Positions 53,001-61,215 of a stretch of 64,000 nucleotides of DNA are shown piece after piece. The translations under genes and the position numbers were made by a program. Where the stretch lies: NCBI GenBank assembly GCA_040285745.1, contig JAUFOR010000002.1, positions 806,001 to 870,000 of the forward strand, written 5' to 3'. How positions within the stretch are numbered: position 1 is the first letter of the stretch; each line of letters begins with the position of its first letter. The notes under the pieces were generated by a model. The model was given only the letters and a program-made list of their open reading frames with translations, did no database searches and had not been told where the DNA came from. Source of the stretch: Barthelona sp. PCE. Its lineage: Eukaryota.

Positions 53001-53123
53001 GATGAAATAACTATGGAAATGAGTATGAACAAGAGCAGGAGAAGCAGAAGTAATGCACAACGCGTACGTGGACCAGTTCTTTCTTTAGAACAAGCAACGC
53101 TACAAGCATTTGATACAAATTAA
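50064..53123 (+). CDS. UPF2: Nonsense-mediated decay factor UPF2 (MIF4G repeats)
   Basis: N-terminal KLIKNIKNL..LFMPEILSAL, PFDDKTDYGFY..IPDL, NNIDHIC.LL..VGR.ILR, an acidic tract, DEEFDKEY and YGLLTSKGGK. Confidence 0.75.
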   Translation: MKRELSEEEIQDREPFKFGSMEKSKNIDLFASRTRVSRKDASKLIKNIKNLTGGDEGPIIERISGQDYMLFMPEILSALFTSPLRTNDDIVAAAKIISVVTQKYGVEELHSQLDSILAPVMPNRKEALGQKPSNDRITRLKLRRAYLKLVSELHYLGVVDSLFHFIKQQLRDFEFITTVDSVPALPVLMGFLQSHLWVIYNDTDIMPFLKKYSKGLCKVYESINQRGIELRSKQMHTISKGSLHDFTSEIEQLDSFEKKLRLSLEGLCTLFELEKPWEKIDLVVEAEVEVADITTTAKEDEYFPFDDKTDYGFYRTIPDLTDYMQCVAEEENEKEEEEEEYEPEEISGEMESEERELSPIQCWLNNYVRNPDIVLHKTNFMEMFKEFARIHTRNYVKKLIPRVILLHSNNNMFNISYYAKFLKAVSMLYPNIIQVVRNIMIKFLDFTVKGGHDIKHIRESVKQQKMLHFLVELFKFSFFEGSTLEEMKEMSGESPLNDDDKFIFRYIVLLMEELVGNNIDHICFLLQAVGRTILRKSATRNEMLSRLGELNERLKLGVFKRKTIAVKHALSLCFLSSGQQMLQSYSEAYIEHIFDEIFDSTPVETLLEVLNTLPLGELANFGGYPALEHEDGEEVIMIDTGLTVQEFVIICLVKQAMKSEQCSHHLALFLQGSMNAYPSLVLEVLVTTFGLLHQFYEREIELFNDTIEFDVNDPVLKLYARRNLLLFCVIVVFTPKLTTSQFRKIDILNIVQRLLVLPVSKEFLFELTEKTSTRHESMRALINFRIIGLATVFGYHHVHSGLGKDIHAFWQPFCDLMNGLAQFDLVRYNALCLFDRVMKKYQEDKKKEIVEIEFAEFSDVEESEEEEEDEETQRLADEEFDKEYSSMLEEASRTAHGQQTSDRLDRLKVSTVIQSDMRERTTRRYGLLTSKGGKPIIKQTSLTVSADRERMVTVERSRRQERDVSLHQKFIDRFDSDSEDEITMEMSMNKSRRSRSNAQRVRGPVLSLEQATLQAFDTN

Positions 53124-53132
53124 TGTAAAGAT

Positions 53133-53819
53133 TTACACTATTACTTTAGGACTATCAGACACAAACTCCTTATAGCAAATACGCGCAGCGAAAAGACTTA
53201 AAAAAGCAGTGTGTTGTGAGAGGCTCCGACTTGTGTCACATTCACTTCTTTCAGCACATCCTTGCTGTGATAGATAGAGGAGGGAAGCACCCAGAGAGAG
53301 AATGAAAAGGGCACAGACGAGAGTAAGAAGGAGGAGGGAAATTTCACTCCGGATCGGTACCTGTTCAGATAATGATTTTATCTTGAATCGCTCAAAAAAC
53401 CCTACAAAGAGCACACAAGCAAGCTCAAGTAGTCCAAAAATCATCAAAAAGCTTGCGCAGTGTGAATGAAAAAAGTGGAAATTCACAACATCGAATGAAA
53501 CCATGAGAGCAAGATATATTGCGCTTATAGATGAGCAAAATGAAAATCCTGACAGAAAAGCAGTGTGAATCCAGCTGGTTGGTTCATAAAATAGATAGTT
53601 CTTTAAGCTTACGGAAAACAACACTTGCAGAACAGTAAAGGGCCCTAAAAAAATAAGACATATAGTGTACTCTGGCTGGCGTACTATGCCCCAAGATATG
53701 TTAATAATCCACTTTCCCTTCTCCCAATGACCTAAAAGAAATGAAATGAACATTGATGCATAGATAGAAAAAAGTATACCCGTTGGGATAACCCATGCAT
53801 ACGTTTTTATGCGAGCCAT
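53133..53819 (-). CDS. Frag1/DRAM/Sfk1-like membrane protein
   Basis: About 6 TM segments, ISWG..PE motif and SFDV..FH..A motif. ATG at 53819. Confidence 0.6.
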   Translation of the reverse strand: MARIKTYAWVIPTGILFSIYASMFISFLLGHWEKGKWIINISWGIVRQPEYTICLIFLGPFTVLQVLFSVSLKNYLFYEPTSWIHTAFLSGFSFCSSISAIYLALMVSFDVVNFHFFHSHCASFLMIFGLLELACVLFVGFFERFKIKSLSEQVPIRSEISLLLLTLVCALFILSLGASLLYLSQQGCAERSECDTSRSLSQHTAFLSLFAARICYKEFVSDSPKVIV

Positions 53820-53899
53820 AATATTGTAAAAGAAAAAAAAAAGACCTAAAAAAGTGCAAAAAAACAAAAACAAATATGTTCACAATAATTTACACACTA

Positions 53900-54922
53900 T
53901 TATATGTTTAAGGGTACCACCTCGACACACCCAGTCTTTGTCGCTGCAATACAGAAAGATCCCACAATCATACACCGGGATAATTCTTCAACTGGCAATT
54001 CCAAATCTACTCGTCCAACAAGAGACTGAGCCAATGGATCAATCAGACAGCCACGAGCTTGTCCGTTGCATTTAGTAACTACACAAGCGAGATTCTCACC
54101 CAGCCATTGTCTTTGAACAGCCACTATATGCTCATTATCCTCCAACACTATCGTTGTGTTATTTGACCGACCATATAACTTAAAAGTGATAGTATCGCCG
54201 ATCACCGGGGGCCTTCCGCGGTTCTTGGACTTCTTCCTCTTGCCTTCTTTCAATAACTTCCTTGAATAACTTACTAAGCATCCTTTCGATACAGCTTTTG
54301 GTGTGTACTTCGTCTGACTGAACGAATCATCAATATTACAGTTATAGAACATGTTTTCATCCCAGTCGATGTCCATGTAGTACTCATTAGTTTCAAGAGC
54401 CTGATACAAGAACGGCTCTGACCAATCATACAGTGAATCACTTCGAATACCCTCATGTCCTTCGTGGAAGTACACATATATGTAATTTTTTTTGTTTTTC
54501 ATTCTCCCCTCCGTGACCTTGTGGATACCTTGTGTTACGAATGTTACTGGAAATTCTTCACGTCCATATTTCGTTGCTGGCACACATCCCAAATAATTAT
54601 ATCCGGTTAGTTCTCTGTAGAAGCGAAGTTCTGGAACCTCAGTAACAACGATTTCAAAAACAAGAAGATTCCTGTCACGCTTCAAAATGACATACTTACT
54701 GAACGAAGTGTATATGAACTTTTTTTGCAAGTCTGTATCTTCAGCAATGGATTCAGTCAGGCCCCTCAAATCAATGTCTTGAATTTTGGCAATTGTCATA
54801 TCACTGTTTATACGAAAAAGCGACAACATAAAAATATCCTCCAATTTTACCAAGTACAGTTCTTTTGCAACAGAAATAAACCCAAAACACCCAAAACACC
54901 CATTAAGCTCCAAAATACCCAT
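53900..54922 (-). CDS. Hypothetical protein (340 aa, beta-rich)
   Basis: Long ORF followed by TGTAAA. Family not recognised. Confidence 0.65.
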   Translation of the reverse strand: MGILELNGCFGCFGFISVAKELYLVKLEDIFMLSLFRINSDMTIAKIQDIDLRGLTESIAEDTDLQKKFIYTSFSKYVILKRDRNLLVFEIVVTEVPELRFYRELTGYNYLGCVPATKYGREEFPVTFVTQGIHKVTEGRMKNKKNYIYVYFHEGHEGIRSDSLYDWSEPFLYQALETNEYYMDIDWDENMFYNCNIDDSFSQTKYTPKAVSKGCLVSYSRKLLKEGKRKKSKNRGRPPVIGDTITFKLYGRSNNTTIVLEDNEHIVAVQRQWLGENLACVVTKCNGQARGCLIDPLAQSLVGRVDLELPVEELSRCMIVGSFCIAATKTGCVEVVPLNI

Positions 54923-55575
54923 AATAATGAGAAAACCAATAAAAGAAAGGGATTTAAAAAATTTTCAATAAGTTTAAGGAAAATTTATTGAATATGACAT
55001 TGTTAATAGTGTTTTTCCAATATTTTAAGCTCCTATTCATCATCAAAAACAATGTACAAGCAAATATATAGATAGCTCAAAAAAACATTACCCTTTAACC
55101 TTGAGTATTCATCTAAAAGTTGGTTATGTGAAGATATTAGTTAAATATGATCCTTTGACAACTAAAATCCTCTCTATAATCTTAAAAATTCTCAATAATC
55201 AGGATTCTCAAAATAACCTAAAAAACAGCCCTTGCCCGGTTCCAAAAATCAGTCTCTTTAGGTAAAAGGGTAATAAAATAGGAGATACGTCACTTTTCTG
55301 TATCTCTACGTATATTCACAATACACACTCTTTGGAGTTCCATAGGGAATAATCCCTACTGTGAGACTCCTATACGGAGTATTGATCCTGAAGCACGATT
55401 TTGATTTGACTTGATTGAAAAGACCAGTCTCCGAACCAGCATTCTTTTTTCTGTGAAGGATGGATTCGAAAAAATGTACCAGAAAACACAAGCTAAATGT
55501 CCCAAAAAAAGTCATGAATGTAGATTTACAGCTGCATTTTTGTAAACTTTTTTCTCACCCGTTACAAAACCAACG

Positions 55576-56907
55576 ATGAAGAAGATCTTACTCTTAGCAC
55601 TTTTTGCGTGCCTTATAGCTGCCACGGCCCACGAATGGGAAGTCTCCGAAGAGCAAGGATGGTTCGAAGAATATGACAAGATTAAAGTTGATTTGAAAGC
55701 CCTTCGCTACGGAAGACGCCATTATGAGGAAGACTGGTGGGTGGATGAAGACGGCAATAAGCTCGATCACCATCCCTGGACTGAAAAAAAACGTTGCGGA
55801 AAATATTGGTATCAAAAATGTGATGAAGACGATGAGGACTATGATGCATACAGATGGCATCATATTTTCGGAATGCTGGACAAGTTCAAGCGCTTCGTTG
55901 AGGAACACAAGGACCTGATCGAATGTGACGAAGGTTGCGTTTTTTATAACACAACTACTGACCGTTTCGAGTGTCAGACTGAGGTAATAGACGTGTGCTA
56001 CGAACACGAAAACACCACTATTTGCGAACAGGAGTGTGATTTTGACAACTTCTGGAAGTTCAATTGCGAAACGCACGAGTGGGAGTGTGGCGAAAATGAG
56101 ACATGTACAGATGGTTACTGGAAGGATCCTGAGGAGGAATGCACGCCGCACAGACCCGAGCCTGAGTGCCATGAGGAGTGCCGTTACTTCAACAAGGCAA
56201 ACCATCGCTTTGAATGCTTCAAGGATTGTGATGAGCATGGTTGCTCTGGTAAGCACTGTGGATACAAGGATTGCTGGAAGTGGGATGCTAGCGAGTGTGA
56301 GTGGGCGTGTGATGATGGTGAAAAGTGCAAGAACTGCTACAAAATCACCGAAGGTCATCCCCATGGTTGTAAGCACTGTGAACTCAAGAAACATAAGCCT
56401 GAGAAGTTCAGTTGCGATGGCATGAGCAATACTGAGGCTCTATTCCGTATCTGGAAGAAAGCTGGTGGTAAAAAGCTCAACAAGAAGAAGTGGAAAGTTT
56501 TCTTCAAGCATCTCAAACATGACAAGCCTCTCCCTAACGTGTGTGCGCCCTCTGGCGAAGCTTATGAGGATTCTGCCATTCCTGGCATCACGTGCAAGAG
56601 CGACCGTGTTGTTGAACTTGATTGGTCGAAAATGGGTTTCAAAGGTAAGCTCTCTGAAGCCGTAAAGTGTCTCCAACAGGCTAAGGTCATTAATATGAGC
56701 GATAATAAGCTCAGAGGTAAAATTCCTGCACTTCCCGCCAATGTCCAGTACGTCGATCTGAGCGACAACAAGTTTGAGAAGTTGAGCAAGAAGATTTGTG
56801 GTCTCAAACACTGTCATCACATGAACATTGCTGACAACGACTTTTATGACATTCTTGAATGCATTCAAGACAAAAAGATATGCAAAAAGTATGGCGTTGA
56901 ATACTAA
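55576..56907 (+). CDS. Secreted Cys-rich repeat protein with C-terminal cyst-wall-protein-like LRR domain
   Basis: Signal peptide and two Cys/Trp/Glu-rich repeats. LRR region EALFRIW..GG, GITC..RVVELD...MGFKG.L....CL, SDNKLRGKIP. Confidence 0.8.
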   Translation: MKKILLLALFACLIAATAHEWEVSEEQGWFEEYDKIKVDLKALRYGRRHYEEDWWVDEDGNKLDHHPWTEKKRCGKYWYQKCDEDDEDYDAYRWHHIFGMLDKFKRFVEEHKDLIECDEGCVFYNTTTDRFECQTEVIDVCYEHENTTICEQECDFDNFWKFNCETHEWECGENETCTDGYWKDPEEECTPHRPEPECHEECRYFNKANHRFECFKDCDEHGCSGKHCGYKDCWKWDASECEWACDDGEKCKNCYKITEGHPHGCKHCELKKHKPEKFSCDGMSNTEALFRIWKKAGGKKLNKKKWKVFFKHLKHDKPLPNVCAPSGEAYEDSAIPGITCKSDRVVELDWSKMGFKGKLSEAVKCLQQAKVINMSDNKLRGKIPALPANVQYVDLSDNKFEKLSKKICGLKHCHHMNIADNDFYDILECIQDKKICKKYGVEY

Positions 56908-56929
56908 ATGCAATAAACTGTTTTTGTGT

Positions 56930-57595
56930 CTAAAGTTCCACTGCCTGAAGCTTAATGTGATTGGCTTCACTTCCTTTTGGACTCACACAAGGCTCTGTCT
57001 TATTTAACGATATGTATTCTTTATAGTCCTCATAACTCATAACGTTAATACCCATATTGCGCAGCTGCAAACTGCATTCATCCGCAATATTCAGACATTG
57101 TGTTGTGAAGTCAGCAATTTTTTCCTTGAAAAATACAAGGTAGTGCTCAGTACCCGTACATAATTTCATTATGTCCTGCTCAACCTTTGATGTCGAGTTT
57201 TGCAGATGATAACGCAGACGATCATTGCTCTTTTGAATCTGAGATGCATAGTCAATTAAATCAGCCTGCTTCTCGCATATAGTGTTGCAACGGTCAATAG
57301 CAACTGTGGAAAAGTTAGAAATCGGAGTGCTAAGCCCACTGTGCTCAATAATAGGAGATTTTGGCAGACTAGGTTCATCACTGTTTCCCAAAGACCACTG
57401 AGGAAGCAGTGGAGCACGAATCGTCATCAAAGACAATGTCTCGAGCATTGGATCAGGAGCTCTTGTTGTTGGACTGGATACAACTCGACTCTTCTTCTTA
57501 ACATGCAATAAACTATCAAAATCTTCCTTTTCTTTTTCCTTATGATCTGGCTGGACATCGTCCTGGGTTTTTAAGTCGCTGGGATTCGGGCCCAT
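56930..57595 (-). CDS. Hypothetical protein (221 aa) with Ser/Pro-rich N-terminus and coiled coil
   Basis: ORF filling the gap between neighbouring genes. Confidence 0.65.
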   Translation of the reverse strand: MGPNPSDLKTQDDVQPDHKEKEKEDFDSLLHVKKKSRVVSSPTTRAPDPMLETLSLMTIRAPLLPQWSLGNSDEPSLPKSPIIEHSGLSTPISNFSTVAIDRCNTICEKQADLIDYASQIQKSNDRLRYHLQNSTSKVEQDIMKLCTGTEHYLVFFKEKIADFTTQCLNIADECSLQLRNMGINVMSYEDYKEYISLNKTEPCVSPKGSEANHIKLQAVEL

Positions 57596-57654
57596 TGTTT
57601 GTTAAGGTGAAAAAATGTTTTACAAAAAAAAACCCTTTTCTATATAATATAGGG

Positions 57655-58284
57655 ATGACAGATATGACAGAGGGCCATCCAACGGTGGATACAGAAGTGT
57701 GGTCTGATTTATTTTTTCGAGTCATAGCGGAAACAGATGAAGGACCTGTTTCAATCAGGTTGACGTTTCAATTCGATTTAATGAAGATTTCAGGCGTTGT
57801 AGATAAGGAATCAGGCATTTCAGCCAATGAGATTGCTAAGCAAAAACTCGCATCCAGCTTTTTTACATTTTTAACTGCTTTTTTGGGCAAATGTAACAGG
57901 GTTAGACACGTTAATGAGGATGTAGGTTGCACTTCCATATTCCATTGCTCTGATTTTCACATTTTAGCGGGTGATAACGGCTATATGAATGGAGTATTTG
58001 ATGGTGAAGTAGTTACAGACAAGCAGAAGTTTATAGAAAGCTTTAATGTGGACGCAGATCCCATTCCGATGAAGAAGGGGACTATTTTCGCACTAAATTT
58101 GGGGAACAATCGATTTTCTAACCTTTTTGGCATTGCCTTGAAAGATATTCCTTATTCTATTAATATTCCCATTTATGGTAGAGTAGCTCCTGATTCTATG
58201 GGAGATTTAGACCGTGTTTTTAATCTTATAGGAACAACATTAGGAACACCTAAGTGGCCCACAATTCTTCGAAATGATGAATAA
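57655..58284 (+). CDS. Hypothetical protein (~209 aa)
   Basis: First ATG at 57655. The stop lies inside AATAAA. Confidence 0.65.
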   Translation: MTDMTEGHPTVDTEVWSDLFFRVIAETDEGPVSIRLTFQFDLMKISGVVDKESGISANEIAKQKLASSFFTFLTAFLGKCNRVRHVNEDVGCTSIFHCSDFHILAGDNGYMNGVFDGEVVTDKQKFIESFNVDADPIPMKKGTIFALNLGNNRFSNLFGIALKDIPYSINIPIYGRVAPDSMGDLDRVFNLIGTTLGTPKWPTILRNDE

Positions 58285-58412
58285 ATGATTTGCGTTTTTT
58301 TTTCACAAAAGTAATGTTTATGGTCCAAAAGTTTCCTAGAATCATTCATATGTGCGATGGTCAGGCAGAAACAAACATAAAGTGTTTTAATAATTTTTTA
58401 TCCTTTCATCAA

Positions 58413-61187
58413 ATGGCCTTCGAAAGAGGATCCATTAAGTTCGTACAACCTGTGTACTGGGAAAACTTCTTCCCTGTACTGACTGGTGGGCTACAACTAA
58501 AACGTAACGTTCTTTCTCATTTTTTAATATGGGTTACAATGTACTTTGTTCTATTTTTCACAGACAGTGCACCTCTAATAGTTACAGCATTCTTATTTCC
58601 AAGTGTTAGCTTTGTTTTTTTGCGCTTTGTAACTGTAACGATAAAAAAAATGAAGGATATGGATGTTGAACAGTTTTTTAATGTTGAGATTGGATACACC
58701 GGCGGAATAATTCATATTGCACTGAGCGCTTTGTGTTCCTTTTGCTTTTTGGAGTACAAACACCACATCAAAGATACATCTTTCTGGTTTTACCACGTTT
58801 TTTGTTGGACTGGTGCCATGTTTTCCTTTCTAAGAACCTTCCGCAGCACATTTGCTTCAACTCATGTTAATCATTGGAGTAGTCCCAGTCAAAGAGCATC
58901 ATATCTTTGCACAACCATCCTCATTTCTCTTTACAAAACAGATTTTTTAAGCTTTATTGGTGTCTCAGCAACATTTAATGAACAAAAATGGTGGTTTTGG
59001 ACTAATCAGTTCATCTCATATACACCCGTTCTCATGCTTATTGGGTTTCTGGGAGGATTCCATTATTTTGTCTTTTTTTTATTGGAGACAGCCAACATGT
59101 TTTTGTTAGGCGGATCGACTTTCCTTGATAATTTCAGAGCACCTATCATTTTCATCACAACATCATTCGTTATTGCAAGTTGTAGTCTTTTGGATAGTGT
59201 GTCCGTTAAGGTTGGAGCTGTTGTAGTTCTTGCTGTCTACCTGTCAGGGCTTTCAGCCAATTTCCACAAGCAGACTAAAACGCATCATCTTCAAATGCTG
59301 GTCAGAGCTATTATTTCCGGTTTTTGTGCGTTTGCTGCAGAGTATTGGCAGATTTCCAGTGATAAGCGTAGGACATGTATCATTATTGCAGTTTGTATAC
59401 ACTGCCTTATACACTGTATACTTCCTCGAATTTTGAAATATTTCCAGTTTATCACCGATGAACTGTACAATATGCCTCCTGCTAAAGAAGATGTTCGCTT
59501 ACACCGGTTAATTGCTGTCACGAAAGTCTTGAACGAAATTGTTCTGTTCCTTCTGCTTCCTACCGCTATTTCATATGTTGAACCTGACAGAAGTGGTCGC
59601 ATATATAGCTTATGGGCTGCAGTGCGTCTGTTTGCTAGTGTTAGAACACCGATTCAGCACTCGCATCACTATGGATACGGTACAATGCTGTACACTTTGT
59701 TGTGGCACTTTGATGCACGAACATGGGGCATTCCACCAGTCACTGAACTACTTGTTACATGGCCAACCTTCACATTATACTTATCCCGCGTCTGGGTAAG
59801 CTTTATTAACGCTATGCGTCTCACAGCTCTATCAGTGACACTCATACCTCTTTTACCGGACATACCGATGTCAGCTTTCAGAAAAGCAACATGGGTTGGA
59901 TACATTGGTCTATCATTTGTGTGTACATTCCTGCAAATCCCACCCATGCATTTCTATACATCAAACTGGCCAACGCTGCGGCCTCGAAGGGGACATGATG
60001 CTCAGTTTACAAAGGAGGATCTTGCTGAGTCACTGAACTCTCTGTCAGTGTTGGAAGTCATGAAAGAGTTCACCAGAGACCCAATTTCAACAGCAGGATA
60101 TGCACTTGATTATGATACGTCATTCATTGTTATATTCAGTGGTTCTCAACCTGTTATTATTGACGTTAAGGAATCTGGCTTTGGGTTCTGCTCTTATCAA
60201 TACAGGGTCCTCGATTCACATGCTACTTCCTGCCAGAATGCAGAACAGACCACAATATTGAGTGGAACAGGCTTCGATGATTACAATCAAGATGATATTT
60301 CAACTCTCATAGTTTGCTTTAAGGAGATATTTACAGATTATAACATGGTGAGAAAGGCTACATTGTCTTACAGAGCTCTCATACGCAATCAGTTCGACAA
60401 ATATGTGTGCTTACCTCATGCGTTCTCCCGTCAAATCAACGCAGGTGTGCAATTCTTAGCAGCTATAAAGAATGGTATGATACAAAAGAGCGAAAGTATT
60501 AGTTACGAGTCTCTTTTACGATTATTTCAGATACGATTCGGTGAACAGTTCAACACCTTCGATACGCTTCCAATTGTGAGTGAAATGAATGCCATATATG
60601 ATGAGCTCAGAGAAGTCCTTTCAGGGTTCAATGATACAATTGATGGTTATGACTCTTTCAGCAGTGCAACAAATTTAGAAGTACCATTCAAAGATACTGC
60701 GGATTATTTTAAGCTTAAAGAAGATGCAAAGTGGGTTATTCGCCATGCCATCATCAACTTTACTGAAGGACTGATAGACTTTATTAAACTGGATAGCGTT
60801 GAGAACTTTAGATACTTTCCCACTGCTGACAAATACTTCTTTGATAATCTTGAGAGTGCCCGTGATGTGCAGAAAAACTACAAAAATAGTGGTAAAACTC
60901 GCGATATTAATGTTCCAGTCGCTTCAATTGGTATAAGCAATAATGAAATTTTAAGCTTTTCAGAATCTAGGAGTGAATGCGTGATAACAAGATTTAACGC
61001 AGAAACATTGCGCTCATTTTGGATCGCCCAAGTTTCAGAGCATGTTGTATTTGCATTCACAGAAAGCGAAAGATACCTGAATCAAATGAGCTTTATTTGG
61101 CTTCGCAACTTTTCCACACAAACAGTAGACAGCGTACACGGCCACGCAAGTGTCGTCTCCTCTGTTAATGTTTGTGGGTGTTATTAA
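58413..61187 (+). CDS. Pecanex-like multi-pass membrane protein
   Basis: N-terminal LTGG, many TM helices, GFGFCSYQYRVLD..TSCQNAE, and FNAETLRSFWIAQ..E..ER..Q..LRN..D..GH resembling Pecanex_C. Likely ATG at 58413. Confidence 0.75.
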   Translation: MAFERGSIKFVQPVYWENFFPVLTGGLQLKRNVLSHFLIWVTMYFVLFFTDSAPLIVTAFLFPSVSFVFLRFVTVTIKKMKDMDVEQFFNVEIGYTGGIIHIALSALCSFCFLEYKHHIKDTSFWFYHVFCWTGAMFSFLRTFRSTFASTHVNHWSSPSQRASYLCTTILISLYKTDFLSFIGVSATFNEQKWWFWTNQFISYTPVLMLIGFLGGFHYFVFFLLETANMFLLGGSTFLDNFRAPIIFITTSFVIASCSLLDSVSVKVGAVVVLAVYLSGLSANFHKQTKTHHLQMLVRAIISGFCAFAAEYWQISSDKRRTCIIIAVCIHCLIHCILPRILKYFQFITDELYNMPPAKEDVRLHRLIAVTKVLNEIVLFLLLPTAISYVEPDRSGRIYSLWAAVRLFASVRTPIQHSHHYGYGTMLYTLLWHFDARTWGIPPVTELLVTWPTFTLYLSRVWVSFINAMRLTALSVTLIPLLPDIPMSAFRKATWVGYIGLSFVCTFLQIPPMHFYTSNWPTLRPRRGHDAQFTKEDLAESLNSLSVLEVMKEFTRDPISTAGYALDYDTSFIVIFSGSQPVIIDVKESGFGFCSYQYRVLDSHATSCQNAEQTTILSGTGFDDYNQDDISTLIVCFKEIFTDYNMVRKATLSYRALIRNQFDKYVCLPHAFSRQINAGVQFLAAIKNGMIQKSESISYESLLRLFQIRFGEQFNTFDTLPIVSEMNAIYDELREVLSGFNDTIDGYDSFSSATNLEVPFKDTADYFKLKEDAKWVIRHAIINFTEGLIDFIKLDSVENFRYFPTADKYFFDNLESARDVQKNYKNSGKTRDINVPVASIGISNNEILSFSESRSECVITRFNAETLRSFWIAQVSEHVVFAFTESERYLNQMSFIWLRNFSTQTVDSVHGHASVVSSVNVCGCY

Positions 61188-61215
61188 AATAAATGGTATA
61201 GTTAGAATTGATTCA

